A stretch of 63,961 nucleotides of DNA, counting the filler, from Octopus bimaculoides (Eukaryota): assembly GCF_001194135.2 (NCBI RefSeq). It is 8 parts of 8 records of this genome, joined end to end, with 100 filler letters (N's around TTAATTAATTAA, not from the genome) between each part and the next. Parts side by side here need not be neighbours in the genome. Positions count along the whole stretch, not along the records: positions 47,551 to 51,830 come from NC_068981.1; positions 51,931 to 57,610 come from NC_068998.1; positions 57,711 to 59,921 come from NC_068993.1; positions 60,022 to 62,350 come from NC_069007.1; positions 62,451 to 63,961 come from NC_068983.1; 3 more parts are not named here. One strand, given 5' to 3'. The translations under genes were made by a program, and so were the position numbers. Positions 50,305 to 63,608 of the stretch are shown one piece after another (within the stretch, counting starts at the first letter, position 1; each line of letters opens with the position of its first letter). The notes under the pieces were generated by a model. That model was not told the DNA's origin and searched no databases. It saw only the letters and a program-made list of their open reading frames with translations.

Positions 50305-50556
50305 TGTTGTATAGTGAAACCGTACACCCCTCCCGGTTAAAAGAGGTAGGAGTGAGCTATTATAAGCAGACTAGTAGCCGGTCGTCTAGAATCGAAGAGT
50401 TGAGAGTCGACTGTTCTCGTCGGTGTCTTGTGGAGCTATCAGCGTTAGTAAGACAGAAGTTAGTGCATTACTATTCCGGTACGAAGAGATACAACGGTAT
50501 CCGATGACTTGTAACAATTATGGCTACTAGCGTAAAATAGCATCTACATTACAACG
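50305..50556 (+). mobile_element. Possible solo LTR
   Basis: Begins TGTTGTA, ends TACAAC(G), internal TATAAG, CpG-rich relative to flanks; no TSD found. Confidence 0.3.
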
Positions 50557-51798
50557 GCAGTGATACGTCACACAAATGAGAGGAACCCACTTTACAACAT
50601 AATGCTAAAATAATTTTTGTTAATTAATTTAAATTTAAAACATAGGTTTCTAAACCATTGTCACAAAAGGTTTTATAAATGTTTTAAGTTGTTGATTGTT
50701 CTGCCTTGTGATTAGGAAGTTTCGTATTTGCGGAGGTTTTTATACGCCATGTTATATTGACTCTACTGAACATTAATTTTTTAATTTTTGCCATTGCCGC
50801 AAGCTATGCTCGAAACCTACATAAAAGTTTTAAAATTTGCCTCCATTTTATTAATTTTAGCAGACAAGAAATAAAGGCGAGTAACACGTTCGGATCTAAT
50901 TAATGAGAAATGTTCGGAATTGCTTTCTCTTTAACATCATGAGAAAACTGCAAAACCATAACTCATATCACATGATACCATTTACTGAACCAAATTTTTT
51001 CAGCCCTCAAATCACACATTTAACACTAACAAAATGTAAAACAAAGAATATTTATTTATTGCAATTATAAGGAAACTGCAGCTTTGCAAGTATAGTAGCT
51101 TGACAAAATAAATGTTTTACAGTATTTAGTTACGTCCCTTCATGTTTTGAGTTAAAACCCTGTCTGATTTGATTATGCTATTTTTATTCGTTCATGGTCG
51201 ATAAATTATTTTCTAGTTGGAATTGGCTATATAGTATATACTTTACACTTAGAAATGCTTAATTTTATGCGGAATCTATACTTATTCCTTATTAGTAAAG
51301 GTGTCACATTGCGAAAAAATCTTCAAGGATGTCCCTACCATCAGGTGGTATAACAGACTGACTATTATTCTCGCTATAAATAGGTTTGTTCAATCATTAT
51401 TTAAAGTTAATCTCAAGGTGGTAGTATAAAACCTTATTAGGAGAAGTTAAGATTAACACGAAAACGGTTTTCTTCCAAAATAACATTATTTCTCTTCAAT
51501 CAACAACAAAAACTATAGCGATATATATATGTGTGTGTATGTGTATATACACATATGCGTGTATGTACATGTATATATATATATACACATATATATGTAC
51601 ATATGAATATATATATATATTATACATATATATATTTATATATATGTACATATGCATATATGTATTCATACATACATATACGTACCTGTACACACACATA
51701 TTTCTATGTATAAATGTGTTTATATATATAAACGTGTGTGTATAAATACATACGCATATATATATGTAAATATATGTGTGCATATATAAATGTATATG

Positions 51799-51830
<32 letters not shown>

Positions 51831-51930
51831 NNNNNNNNNNNNNNNNNNNNNNNNNNNNNNNNNNNNNNNNNNNNTTAATTAATTAANNNNNNNNNNNNNN
51901 NNNNNNNNNNNNNNNNNNNNNNNNNNNNNN

Positions 51931-51964
<34 letters not shown>

Positions 51965-51992
51965 AGATACATATATATATATATATATATAA

Positions 51993-52140
51993 GACGGGCT
52001 TCTTTCAGTTTCCGTCTACCAAACCCAGTCAAAGCTTTGGTCAGCCCGAGGCTATAATAGAAGACACTTGCCCAAAGTGCTACGCAGTGGGACTGAACCC
52101 GGAACCATGTAGTTAGGAAGTAAACTTTTTATCACTCAAC
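51993..52140 (-). mobile_element. SINE family B
   Basis: gacgggcttctttcagtttccgtctaccaaa...gggactgaacccggaaccatgt. Confidence 0.85.
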
Positions 52141-53199
52141 CACACAAATATGTACACATACACATATGTATGTACGTACGTACGGACGGATGGATGGATG
52201 GATGGATGTATGGATGTGTGTATGTATGCACACAAACACGCTCGCAGAAACACAAGTACACACTCGCACACATACACACACTTTCACACAGGCACACACA
52301 CACGTATGTATAAATACACACAGAGAGAGAGAGAGAAAGAGACAGACAGACAGACAGACAAAGGGAGAGAGAAATCTGATAAACTAATAGGAAGTCTTCA
52401 TCATAGGTTTGGTTGATCAGCACTCACCTGAAGCTAAACAATCAACATTATAGCCACATTCCAGCAATTTTTCCTTACTTCCTTCCTTCCTGTCTTTCAT
52501 CTTTTTAATTCTTTTTTTCTTTACTTAAATTATTTATTTATTGATGGATAGAGTTTGTATATTTTATATCATAGATTTCTATGTGGTATTCACCTCGGCT
52601 AACCTTTTTGTTTCATTTTATACTAGCAATAGCATCCGGCATTGCTGGAGGGGATACATACATACATACATACATACATATATTTATGAACATATACGTA
52701 TCTATTATACATATACATGCACACACGTGCGCGCACGCATACACACACATATACACATGATGCATACATACACGCACATACACATGTATATACTGTGTAC
52801 TCTTCCGTTATAGGTGAAATCAACAAAAATGTACTTTATCCAGTGAGAGATAAATATCATTTAATAAACACAGGATTTAAATGCAAACTCCTATTAGTCT
52901 TATGCCTCAGAAAATACGATGGTCGGACAAGTTCGTATAGCGTGCCGTGTTTATTCAGGCAATCATTCAGACTCAAAATATTACTTGGTTACTCTTTTGA
53001 GAAAATGTGAGCAAGAACGCTAGGAAAAATTAAAAGTAAATAATTTAATGAGAAAAAAACAAAAGTGAAACGTAGAAAGAAGGAAGATAAGATTTGCGTT
53101 CCGTTGGCCCATTAGAATGGAAATTAATATGGTTTGTGTAATTAATTGAACGGGAGAGGTTAAATTTTGTGAGATTGCATGATTAATCCAGAGTGAGTA

Positions 53200-53515
53200 A
53201 TGTTTTCCAGTTCAGCAATAGAAACTTGTCCAGATGCTTACATTTATGAAAATTTCGGATCTAGAATTCATTAGGCCGGTAGATCTGAAAAGGACATGCT
53301 ATCTTTTGGCTATACAGAGCCTGAACCTCCTTGACCCTTTAACGTATGGTGTGCATCTTTCCCTGATGCTTTACTTGGTGGTGTGTGCTGTATTGTTGTT
53401 ATTCAGGTCACAGATATAGCTAGCTAACATTGTGGCTTTCATCTACGTGTTGGAAAAAGCTGATAGTTGGTATATCTATTTTTGAATTCAATTTCGCAAA
53501 TACCAGTATACTTTT
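53200..53515 (-). mobile_element. Penelope-like GIY-YIG endonuclease C-terminal fragment
   Basis: YTGICEIEFKNRYTN...ATMLASYICDL...ERCTPYVKGSRRFRLCIAKR...GLMNSRSEIF, matching the YIG...FK.RY.NH...T.LS.YIW.LK...C.LC..EK...LLN.RSE layout. Confidence 0.75.
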
Positions 53516-53568
53516 TCTTCAGATTTTCTTTATTTTGGAGCACAATGGGACACACAAAAACATGAATG

Positions 53569-54464
53569 GGATCTTTTTGGTTTGACGGGCAACACTTGTT
53601 TTCTTAACGAAACACTTTCAAACTTGGGATACTGGTAGAATGTGTCATATAAAACATCTTTTTCTCTTAGCCTTCTTAACAAAAATTAGTTCTTAATAAG
53701 TTATTTCATGTTAAAGTTGTCGTATTTCTGTAATTTCAACCAATCACTGACGTGTATTCAGCTGAATACAGTTAGTGCTCTTTTTATAAACAATAATTTT
53801 TACCGGTGTCAAGAATGTTATTCCCTGTTTAATTATATCATTATTCCCTAGTAAGGGTTTAGGGTTTTAGGGTTAGGGTTCGGGTTTTAGAGTTAGGGTT
53901 TTAGGGTTAGGNNNNNNNNNNNNNNNNNNNNNNNNNNNNNNNNNNNNNNNNNNNNNNNNNNNNNNNNNNNNNNNNNNNNNNNNNNNNNNNNNNNNNNNNN
54001 NNNNNNNNNNNNNNNNNNNNNNNNNNNNNNNNNNNNNNNNNNNNNNNNNNNNNNNNNNNNNNNNNNNNNNNNNNNNNNNNNNNNNNNNNNNNNNNNNNNN
54101 NNNNNNNNNNNNNNAAAACCCTAAAGCTAAAACCAGTACAAACGCACGAACGATGTCATAAATAAGAGTAACACGGGTAGTTGTTGTTGACAAACAACGG
54201 CACTAATTTTATTCAAGGGAAAACATCCCATGACACCGTTGTTTACATTCCACGCCATTAATTGTTTTCACCTCAATAGACGTCAGTGATTGGTTGAAAT
54301 TACCGAAATACGACAACTTTTTACATGAAATAACTTCGAATACAAATTTTTTTATGTTCTATAATACAAAATATACAAGTATACGAAGTTTGAAAGTGTT
54401 TCGGTACCAAAAACACTACATAAAACATTAATGAAAATTGTTGCCCGTCAAACCAAAAAGATCC
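53569..54464. mobile_element. GGATC-ended TIR element with 8-bp TSD (CATGAATG), inverted relative to the 23572 copy, with telomere-like repeats in its centre
   Basis: TIR ggatctttttggtttgacgggcaaca / tgttgcccgtcaaaccaaaaagatcc; CATGAATG at 53561-53568 and 54465-54472; arms homologous to 23572-24000. Confidence 0.92.
53853..54140. repeat. Degenerate (TTAGGG)n tract, gap, then (CCCTAA)-like remnant
   Basis: agggtttagggttttagggttagggttcgggttttagagttagggttttagggttagg-N-aaaaccctaaagctaaaacc. Confidence 0.85.
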
Positions 54465-54740
54465 CATGAATGTCACACACGCACACCCAGATACACCCGC
54501 ATACACTGAAGCACGTGCGCGCACACGCACGCACACATACACACACACACTTCGACTATAATCGTCTATCTATCGTTAATTTTATTATACTTCCATTAGC
54601 TGGACCGCTACATTGCCTATAGCTAACACTTATTTGACTAGACACCGTCTCACTTCGTTCGACGTTCGCTTCTTAGTATCTGGTCCGGTCAGAGCATTTA
54701 TTGCCTCTTCCCCACCCTCTTCCTTTTCTTTATCTTTATT

Positions 54741-54920
54741 GGACGGGTAAAATGCGTTGAGGCATTTTGTCCATCTTTACGTTTCCGAGTTCAAATTCCG
54801 TCGAGGTCGACTTTGCCTTTCATTCTTTTGGGGGTCGATGAAATAAGTACCAGTTACGCACTGGAGTCTATGTAATCGACTAGCCCACTCCCCCAAAATT
54901 TGTGTTTGTAGCAGAAAGGA
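54741..54920 (+). mobile_element. SINE family A
   Basis: gagttcaaattccgtcgaggtcgactttgcctttcattcttttgggggtcgatgaaataagtaccag. Confidence 0.85.
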
Positions 54921-55228
54921 TTATCATTTTTCTTTTAATATCTTCACCCATTATTTGTGTGTATGTTTCCACCTGTGTGGTTGTGTGGTATTTTTATCGA
55001 TGTTTATAAAATATCAAAAGGGCAGACAGAAAAGAAATCACCCGAACACACATTCGCGGACATCCCTTCACCTTCACCATTCTATATTCTGCGATCATTC
55101 AGCAAGGCACTTAAACAAATCACTGACAATAACATTGAGAAGTTCTAGACGCGGTCTTAGTTTATTTATTAAACGTCTTTCTGTTCTGGTATTTTGGTGC
55201 TTTGGTATTCTAAGATCGTGTGATAAAA

Positions 55229-55237
55229 ATGGTAAGT
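55229..55237 (+). other. Possible first-exon end: aaaaATG|GTAAGT
   Basis: A-rich start context immediately followed by a consensus donor; a 28-nt AG...G|GTGAGT segment at 55990-56017 could follow in frame (MIYMKAIASQ). Motif-only evidence. Confidence 0.2.
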
Positions 55238-55613
55238 TGGTATTTTGATAAAAACCCTCTCCACGCACTACATTCTCTAGCTAATTCTTTCTGTTTAAAT
55301 AGTAAACTATGCATCCGTAGATAGTGCGTAAACATAACAAGCATATATGTATGCAAGCTTTATGTACGTGTATATATANNNNNNNNNNNNNNNNNNNNNN
55401 NNNNNNNNNNNNNNNNNNNNNNNNNNNNNNNNNNNNNNNNNNNNNNNNNNNNNNNNNNNNNNNNNNNNNNNNNNNNNNNNNNNNNNNNNNNNNNNNNNNN
55501 NNNNNNNNNNNNNNNNNNNNNNNNNNNNNNNNNNNNNNNNNNNNNNNNNNNNNNNNNNNNNNNNNNNNNNNNNNNNNNNNNNNNNNNNNNNNNNNNNNNN
55601 NNNNNNNNNNNNN

Positions 55614-55656
<43 letters not shown>

Positions 55657-56332
55657 CATACATATACACACACACACACACACACACATACACACACACA
55701 CACATGCTCATGTATGTTTGTGTGTGTCTTTGTGTGTATATCGGCGAATGAATTGATGGTTAGCGATTAGGATGGAAGTATGCATCTACGCATGACCGTA
55801 TACATGCACACTCTCACACAGCATAGTCCAATGGCGTGTTATCTGGATGCCCAAGGTAGGCAGTGCTATCCGCGACTAAAACAATAAATATTCCGATTTC
55901 CTCATCATCATAACAACAAAAAAAAGTGGCTAATAAAATCCATAGAAATCGGTCTATAACTCAGGGAAGGATTACTATTTCAATGTTAGATATACATGAA
56001 AGCCATTGCCTCTCAGGGTGAGTGTGTATACTACGGGTGATATTATTATCCCCACATATCATGAGTCCAGCTCCAGAATGGATTTAGTCTCAAAAAAGAT
56101 AGAACTTATTCTGCCTTTGTAAACTATCATGACAGAGACAGAGAGGGGCGTAGGGGGAGGGGGAGGAGATAAAGGGAGGAAAAGAGAGACGGAAACAAAG
56201 TGGGCAAGGAGCGTGCGCGTTGTGTACTTCTATTGCGGCACGTGCTTGCCAACGATTAATAACTAGAGATAATTTTTAGAGGTATATTTACGTGTGCATA
56301 TGGAATAATAAAAATGAATTGATATAATGTGC

Positions 56333-56368
<36 letters not shown>

Positions 56369-56819
56369 TTGTGTATAGATAACTGCATAAACCATACAAA
56401 TATGGCTGCCTAACTGGCGCATATAATAGGGATATGCTGTTTGCCTAAGTTTAGCCACTTCTCAATTTTTATTTTCTCTGTCGACCCGTAGATGAATGTA
56501 TATAATACGAACAACACGCGTTTATATTTGTACGTGTGTGTATTTTCTTTTATCTTCTTTTATTTATTTCAGTCATTAGACGGCGGCCATATTAATCGAA
56601 CGAATCAATCCCAGCACTTATTCGATCAGGCTCTTTTACTCAGGCAATAAGTTACGGTGCTATAAACACACCAACACCGGTTGTCAAAGCGGTGGGGTGG
56701 GGGCAAACACACACATGCATGTTCTATTCTATTTTTAATTATTTGAAATCTTCTTGTAAAGAAAGAGCTGCTTTCAAAGAAAGATACAAAAAAAAACCAT
56801 CATGATGGCTCAGAAGGTG

Positions 56820-57520
56820 GGCGGCGACGTGAAGTTGTTGCTCCTCAATTATGGACAGGATGGAAAAGAAAACGATCACCTATAAGGTGTACTCGTTGAA
56901 AGGGAAAAAAGGCAGAACAGGTGGAGGCAAAAGTGGAAAAGGCGCTGAGGGAACGATCAAAGGAGATAACGTACATAACGGAAGAAGATATGGGACAATG
57001 GTCGTCCAGTTTAGGACGGTAGAGGAGGCTGGCGAGTGTGGCGGTGAAAACAGAGGAAGTAGTGCTTCTGCCCACATATCCTGGAAGAAAGACATCCAAG
57101 GTGATGGTAAAAGCAATTCTACCGGATATAGAAGTGGCTTGGGTAGCGGCAGCTGTCCTTGTTGGAAGCGAGGAGAAGGTGGCTGTCCTCCAAGCCACAG
57201 AAATGGAAGAAGGAGGGTGGAAAGGAAAGACACTTGAACTCATTATTCAGACGGAGGAGGGTCAACTGGAGAACTTGGCAGAGACGGTGACGTTGGGGGA
57301 AATCGTACTGAGAGTGTGAGTAGAGGGCAGAGTACAGCGTTGCTTCAAATGTGGCCAAAAGGGCTACATTAGTGCATACTACCCTCTACAGAGGACAATA
57401 GCAGAGGAAGCAGTTGTGGAGACGGAAGAGAAAAGAGAGGAAGAAAAGATAGACGGAGGAAGAATGGGAAGTCACAGAGAGCAGAAGGAGAAGGAGAAAA
57501 AATAGAAAAAACACTGAGTA
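56820..57520 (+). mobile_element. Second L1/Tx1-like ORF1, decayed
   Basis: GTMVVQFRTVEEA...VLLPTYPGRKTSKVMVKAILPDI...IVLRV*VEGRVQRCFKCGQKGYI (knuckle remnant), followed by an E/K-rich tail. Confidence 0.65.
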
Positions 57521-57710
57521 TGATGTGGTAGCCCAGTCCAACTCCATCCCACCCAAGACCACTCAGACCCACCCTTCCCATACAGACACCAAACCCACCC
57601 ACCCTATTTCNNNNNNNNNNNNNNNNNNNNNNNNNNNNNNNNNNNNNNNNNNNNTTAATTAATTAANNNNNNNNNNNNNNNNNNNNNNNNNNNNNNNNNN
57701 NNNNNNNNNN

Positions 57711-57752
<42 letters not shown>

Positions 57753-58039
57753 TGTGTGAGTAGGAAGATTGATTGTTATTTGATAGGAATTTTCCTTAAA
57801 ATTTTATTATAAGTTTTATTCATAGCCACGCTGTATTAGGAAGGTCCAAGATACTAGCAAAATATTGTCAGGACCTTTCTTGAGAAACATTAGTCTAAAC
57901 ATTAGACTTAGCATTTATCGTGGATATTATAGAGCACTTGCACAATCCTGAAGAAATTGCTGCAAGGCCCTAAAAATGTTGTCTCACCGTATTTTAAAAT
58001 CATTCACGCGTTCGATTTGAAGCTAACCGTGGGAGACAC

Positions 58040-58680
58040 AAACTGTTAGGTGGTGACTCTGCTCATTTTCCTTGTCTATGTGATGTGGCTGCGACCGCAG
58101 ATAATGTTGACATGAATCGGTACAAAGACAACATCACGGGATTGATTTGAGAGTTTGAGCAACGGTTTCCGATTTTTGATGAACTTGAGACAGATTCCAG
58201 AGTTTTTCACTCGTCATTTACCGTCAACACCTCTGATCTCCCCGTCAACATCCTACTTGAAATAATTTACTTGCAGTGTGAATCAGATTTGGAGGACAAA
58301 CTATTTAATTTACACTTATATCAAAATATTCTATTGGTTTCAATTGTTTTAAAACGGGATTTAGTCATACTGTCAGAAAACGGCAAATGTCTTGAAATCA
58401 ATTACATTAAATTCAGTTTTCATGACATCTGTCATAACAGTTACGATAATCGTATGTGTTTCAGTAGTGGAAGTAGTAACAACGGCAGCAGAAAAGTTAG
58501 TGGTCATAATATAAGGGGATTTCACATGAGAATGTCTCAAGAATGAATTTAAGCCGAGCCAACTGATAAACAATAGCAGGATACTTGGGCGGTGCCCAAT
58601 TGGGAATACAACCTCAAAGAATAATGAATATTGCTTCCGGTAGGACTTTATGGATGAGATGCCTGAGGACCCTACCAACA
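58040..58680 (+). mobile_element. hAT (Charlie/SPIN, GTF2IRD2-like) transposase C-terminal remnant
   Basis: AHFPCL...EFEQRFPIFDELE...SFTVNTSDLPVNILLEIIYLQCESDLEDKLF. Confidence 0.8.
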
Positions 58681-58788
58681 GTGCCCTATAAGTAAAAGTG
58701 GACATATAAATATACCTATACATATATATATATATAAACATAAATATAAATATACACACACACACAGGCAGACACACATATATATACT

Positions 58789-58830
<42 letters not shown>

Positions 58831-60045
58831 AGAGTTAAGTAATGGAGTAGGTAAGATCCGGGGTACATAGGTTTCGTAGCGACCGGAACATTGGAAGTGG
58901 TTGATGTCCATTCGTGGTGTGTTCCGCAGGCTACTCTTCAGGCCAATGATATCTTGATTAGATGTAAGTTTACATTGTCGCAATGGATGTACAAATATTA
59001 TATATGAAGAAAAAAGAAGCAATCAGAATGTTGGATAATTCTTTATTGGCGCTTTCATCCATTCATGAGGATTTTTCGAAATAAATTTTACAGAAAGTCT
59101 CTCGGCTTTTATACAAATGGAGAGTAAAAGAGGTGTAAGAGAAATGAGGAAGGGAGAAGGACAAGAGGAGAGAGAGGGATAGGGAGGGATGCAGGGATGA
59201 CAGAAAATAAAGCAGAAAGGGAGGAGATGTATTATGGGGGATGGGTTGTCATGAACAGGTAACTCATTTGACATTTCAAGATGTCAGTTTTGTTTTTAAA
59301 CGAAAGAGAGAAAAATAACAGGGTGGAGTTCAAAAGGGAAAGAGAGAGAAAAGGAAGAAGGAATTGTGAAAATGATGAAAGAGGAAGACAGCGAAAGGGG
59401 ATTCTTTCCAATTGTATCTGTGTCAGTCTATTGAAATTTAATTACAATTCAAGGTGTCAATTTTTATTTAGTTATTGGTTTTGAAAGCATGTCTCTTTCT
59501 CTCCCTCTCTCTCCTTCCTCTCTTATACAGATATTTACATGTTTACCAATATTCACATATATAAACTTTACACATACATACGTACACACAATACACCTCA
59601 AGTATCACTCTTTTTTCCTCCCTTCTCTCTCCCAGTTTCTGATATACATATTAATATGCCTGTAAATATATTCTTATACATACACTCACACGTTACACAT
59701 ATGCACACACAATATGCTTATATATCCATGTACATTTGTATATACACATACACACTCATGCAAACACAAACATATGTGGCTAAATAACAACAATAGTCGT
59801 CCCTTCCAAGACAGCCACATTATGTTGGCAAATAGCTTTTACTTGAAAGAGCTGTTACTGAATATATCTATTTGAAAGATTTAGAAATAATAATATTTCT
59901 ATTATATATATATATATATATNNNNNNNNNNNNNNNNNNNNNNNNNNNNNNNNNNNNNNNNNNNNTTAATTAATTAANNNNNNNNNNNNNNNNNNNNNNN
60001 NNNNNNNNNNNNNNNNNNNNNCCGTCTTCATATATGCATAGATGT

Positions 60046-60274
60046 TATTTCTTTACTACCCACAAGGGGCTACACACAGAGGGGACAAACAAGGACAGAC
60101 AAACGGATTAAGTCGATTATACCGACCCCAGTGCGTAACTGGTACTTATTTAATCGATCCCGAAAGGTTGAAAGGCAAAGTCGACCTCCACGGAATTTGA
60201 ACTCAGAACGTAGCGGCAGACGAAATACCGCTAAGCATTTCGCCCGGCGTGCTAACGTTTCTGCCAGCTCGCCG
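60046..60274 (-). mobile_element. SINE family A with alternative 3' tail, flanked by a 24-bp direct repeat
   Basis: ccgtcttcatatatgcatagatgt at 60022-60045 and 60272-60295; tail ttatttctttactacccacaagggg differs from other copies. Confidence 0.85.
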
Positions 60275-60339
60275 TCTTCATATATGCATAGATGTGTGTG
60301 TGTAAGTGTGTGCATACGTGTGTGTGTGTGTATGTGTGT

Positions 60340-60530
60340 GGATACGTCTGTGTGTGTCCCACCACTGTTTGATAACTGCCTTTCGTGCGTTTACGTCCTC
60401 GTAACTTACTGGCTCAGCAAAACAGACCAAGTTTAATGGAGTCAATTCATTCGACTGAAATTCTGGAAGGCGATGTTGGCCCAGCATGGCCGTAGCTTCA
60501 TAACTGAAACGAAAAATAAAAAAAAAGAAC
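60340..60530 (+). mobile_element. SINE family C
   Basis: gtttacgtcctcgtaactta...cccagcatggccgtag...actgaaacgaaaaataaaa. Confidence 0.7.
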
Positions 60531-60859
60531 ATAAAAGGTAAAAGAATTACAGCACTTGCTATTGGTGTTCCTGTCGTTGCTGAAGACGGTTTCATTTTTA
60601 GTGATTATCGATGTTGTTCATAGTTAATTTGGTTTTAGTTAGAGATTCCTATAACCAGTTCAACCGGAAATGTGAATTGTAAGGTTAACGATTTTCGTGA
60701 CTGATGCAGATTTCATTTCAATGCCCACACTTACACAATCTTACACACAAACACACGCATGCGCACAAATATGCACACACACATACACACAACTGTAGAA
60801 GCATGTCTCTCTATACTCCACACACCTCCTAAATATCTTAAATATTTATATCTATCTAT

Positions 60860-60971
60860 CTATATTTTAAATACATGCATTCGTATGTATATGTGTATGT
60901 ATATATATCTTTATATACGTGCACATATACAAACATGCATAGATATATATATAAATATAGGTAGATAGATG

Positions 60972-61007
<36 letters not shown>

Positions 61008-61091
61008 CATATATACATGTGTGTATCTGTATATATATATGAATACATCCATATATATATACATACATACATATATACATGTGTGTATCTG

Positions 61092-61133
<42 letters not shown>

Positions 61134-61245
61134 CATACATATATATATATATATACATACATATTTATATATATACATATATAAATATATATATGTATGT
61201 ATATATACATAACACGCACGCGCGCATACACGCATACATACATAT
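60860..61245. repeat. Compound (TA)/(CA)/(TACA) microsatellite field
   Basis: Direct inspection; similar fields at 950-1580, 39020-39230, 48590-48930, 51520-51830 and 52150-52360. Confidence 0.95.
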
Positions 61246-62578
61246 AGCTACTAAAACAGAAGGTGTGTTTGTATATAATGGCATCATCTTACTCTCGTTT
61301 CATTAACAATTAAAATATTGGAGTTACATAATTTAAAAACTTCTATATGGTTCTGTTGTCAAATCGTCAGAAATTACATAACAATTTATTGGCGATATTT
61401 GATATTCATTCCGAGTAGACGAAAGCGTTGTCTTTTCAACCACCACATTAGTTCTGTTAAAAAAGGCCACAAATTGATACTGACTCTAAATAGATGTAGG
61501 TATAGCAAAGGCTTATCGGGTTACAATGGAATCAGTGTAATGTCGCACTGAATTATGTCGAATCGTTAGTGTTTCTCACTTGCACTATGCGTTTAGGATT
61601 TTCAGGATATATCTGAAGTTTACCGTTCGGTTCTCTCCGGTTGACGCCTAGAATTTCCTCGGTAACCTTATAACTGTTACTCAAATCCCTCTTGTATATA
61701 TTGCTTAATTCTGGGGCCAATCGACGCACACAGTGACGTACTCGCCAAAGGTCACCACAGATGACGGGCATCAAAATTTTGCCTACTCTTGACCACGAGT
61801 GGAAATCTCTTCAAAGAAACGAAATCTGGAAAAGCGTACTTCATAAATGGTACCACGCCCGTTCACTATCCAAGGCCATATCTTCTAGTAATTTGTCAGA
61901 TATTATCGACCCTCGTTGCTTATCACATCTCTCTACAATGATAAATATGCCTTTTACCATTTCGTCTACAGTTTTATGCCTATCACATGACCTCAGATAA
62001 AGAAACGATATCAAATTTTTTTAGAAAATAAATATCGATGGAGTCATGCAACACACATAAACGGAATAAAAATTCTTAACACAGCTTCATATAAATACTA
62101 ATATAAATATGTGTATATAGATTACAAATTATATACATATGTGTGTGTGTGTGTGTGTGTTCGTGCGTACATAAAACTATATTATAACAGAGTCACATAC
62201 AACTGTATGAAATACCATATTTATATCAAATTACGCATATATAATTACGCATATCTCGATGTATATACTTATTCTCACACATCTATACACACAGACACAC
62301 ACGCATGTACATATATATGTGTGCCTATATATATATATATATATATATATNNNNNNNNNNNNNNNNNNNNNNNNNNNNNNNNNNNNNNNNNNNNTTAATT
62401 AATTAANNNNNNNNNNNNNNNNNNNNNNNNNNNNNNNNNNNNNNNNNNNNTTTAGATGTTTTATTTTTTGTTCAAAAAATAAAACATCTAAAATCGCGCT
62501 CTTCGTTTTGACTATTTACCTTCGTGAAGAGTTACGTCAATCCTTTTTTTAAATATTATTATTATTATTATTATTATT

Positions 62579-63608
62579 ACCTCTGCCTTAGCAAAAGCAG
62601 AGGTATTGTTTTCAGTCGTGTTTGTGTTTGTTTCTCCGTGGACAAGATATCTCAAGAACCGCTGGATGGATTCGGATGAATCTTTCAGGGATGTTTGGCT
62701 TCATGACTGACACGAACTGATTAGAATTTGGGATCGATCCTGTACCGGACAAGGACCCTGGATTATTTGTTATATTTACTTTACATGATGTATTACGATC
62801 TTATGTTGACTTTCAAGTCTTTCTTTGATTATCTCTCTTGAAAGCACCCTCATGGTTTCCACGTAAGTTATGGCGGCGTTGCTGATTCCGAAGTTTTATT
62901 TTCGTTTCTCTATTATTAATATTAATCGCGTCTCTATCTTCGTAGAAACTGATGGATAAAGAAATCAAACTATATAAACAAACGGCAGCAAAACCGTTCA
63001 GAAATTAAATACTACTAACCTATTCAGTAACAATAAGAAATTTAATTTATCCTCGACAATCTTTATTTTAACGAATTACGGATATATCGCTCCTGTTTAA
63101 AACCTATTACCTACGTGACAATTGCATTTCTCGCTCTGTCTTGAAGGAAGCATTACTTCTTGGACTCACGTTTTTGTGTGCAACGATGTTGTTAAACCTC
63201 CGTTAACAGCACCGTATGCAGGCCCTTTCCGTTTTCTTTCACGTACGGATAAATTTTTCACTATTGACCTTAATGTAGAGAGACTGAAAAAGGCCTTCAT
63301 AGAGAAAACTGTCTCTGTTCCCACTGCAGACAACACTCACACAGCATTACAAACACGACCCGCACACCCACATTCACATTCTATGACTACCATTGGGATC
63401 GATCAGGTACCGGACAAGGAATCTGGATTATTTTTCCGTTTTTTTTTTAAATTTAATTTTTGAGAGCGGTCGGGTTCATTTTTGGTATTTTCGTTTGTCA
63501 GAACAGCCGAGTTTATTTCAGATATTCTCATTTTAAAAATCATCTCCGGCTAATCGTTGTGAGAACGTTGGTATTGCCTTGGCGGAGGTTTGCGCTCTTT
63601 GAGTGCTC

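Noticed and set aside
52424-52500. Strong minus-strand donor (CAG|GTGAGT) preceded by KLLECGYNVDCLAS
   Set aside because: No polypyrimidine acceptor upstream on that strand and no supporting neighbouring exons.
53234-53419. Plus-strand membrane-protein-like ORF (ASFPDALLGG, faintly SLC23-like)
   Set aside because: The minus strand is better explained as a Penelope GIY-YIG fragment.
60856-61306. YI/HT/CV-repeat ORFs (also 1123-1677, 13517-14014, 51496-51783, 52136-52423)
   Set aside because: Translations of (TA)n/(CA)n microsatellites, which lack stops in several frames.
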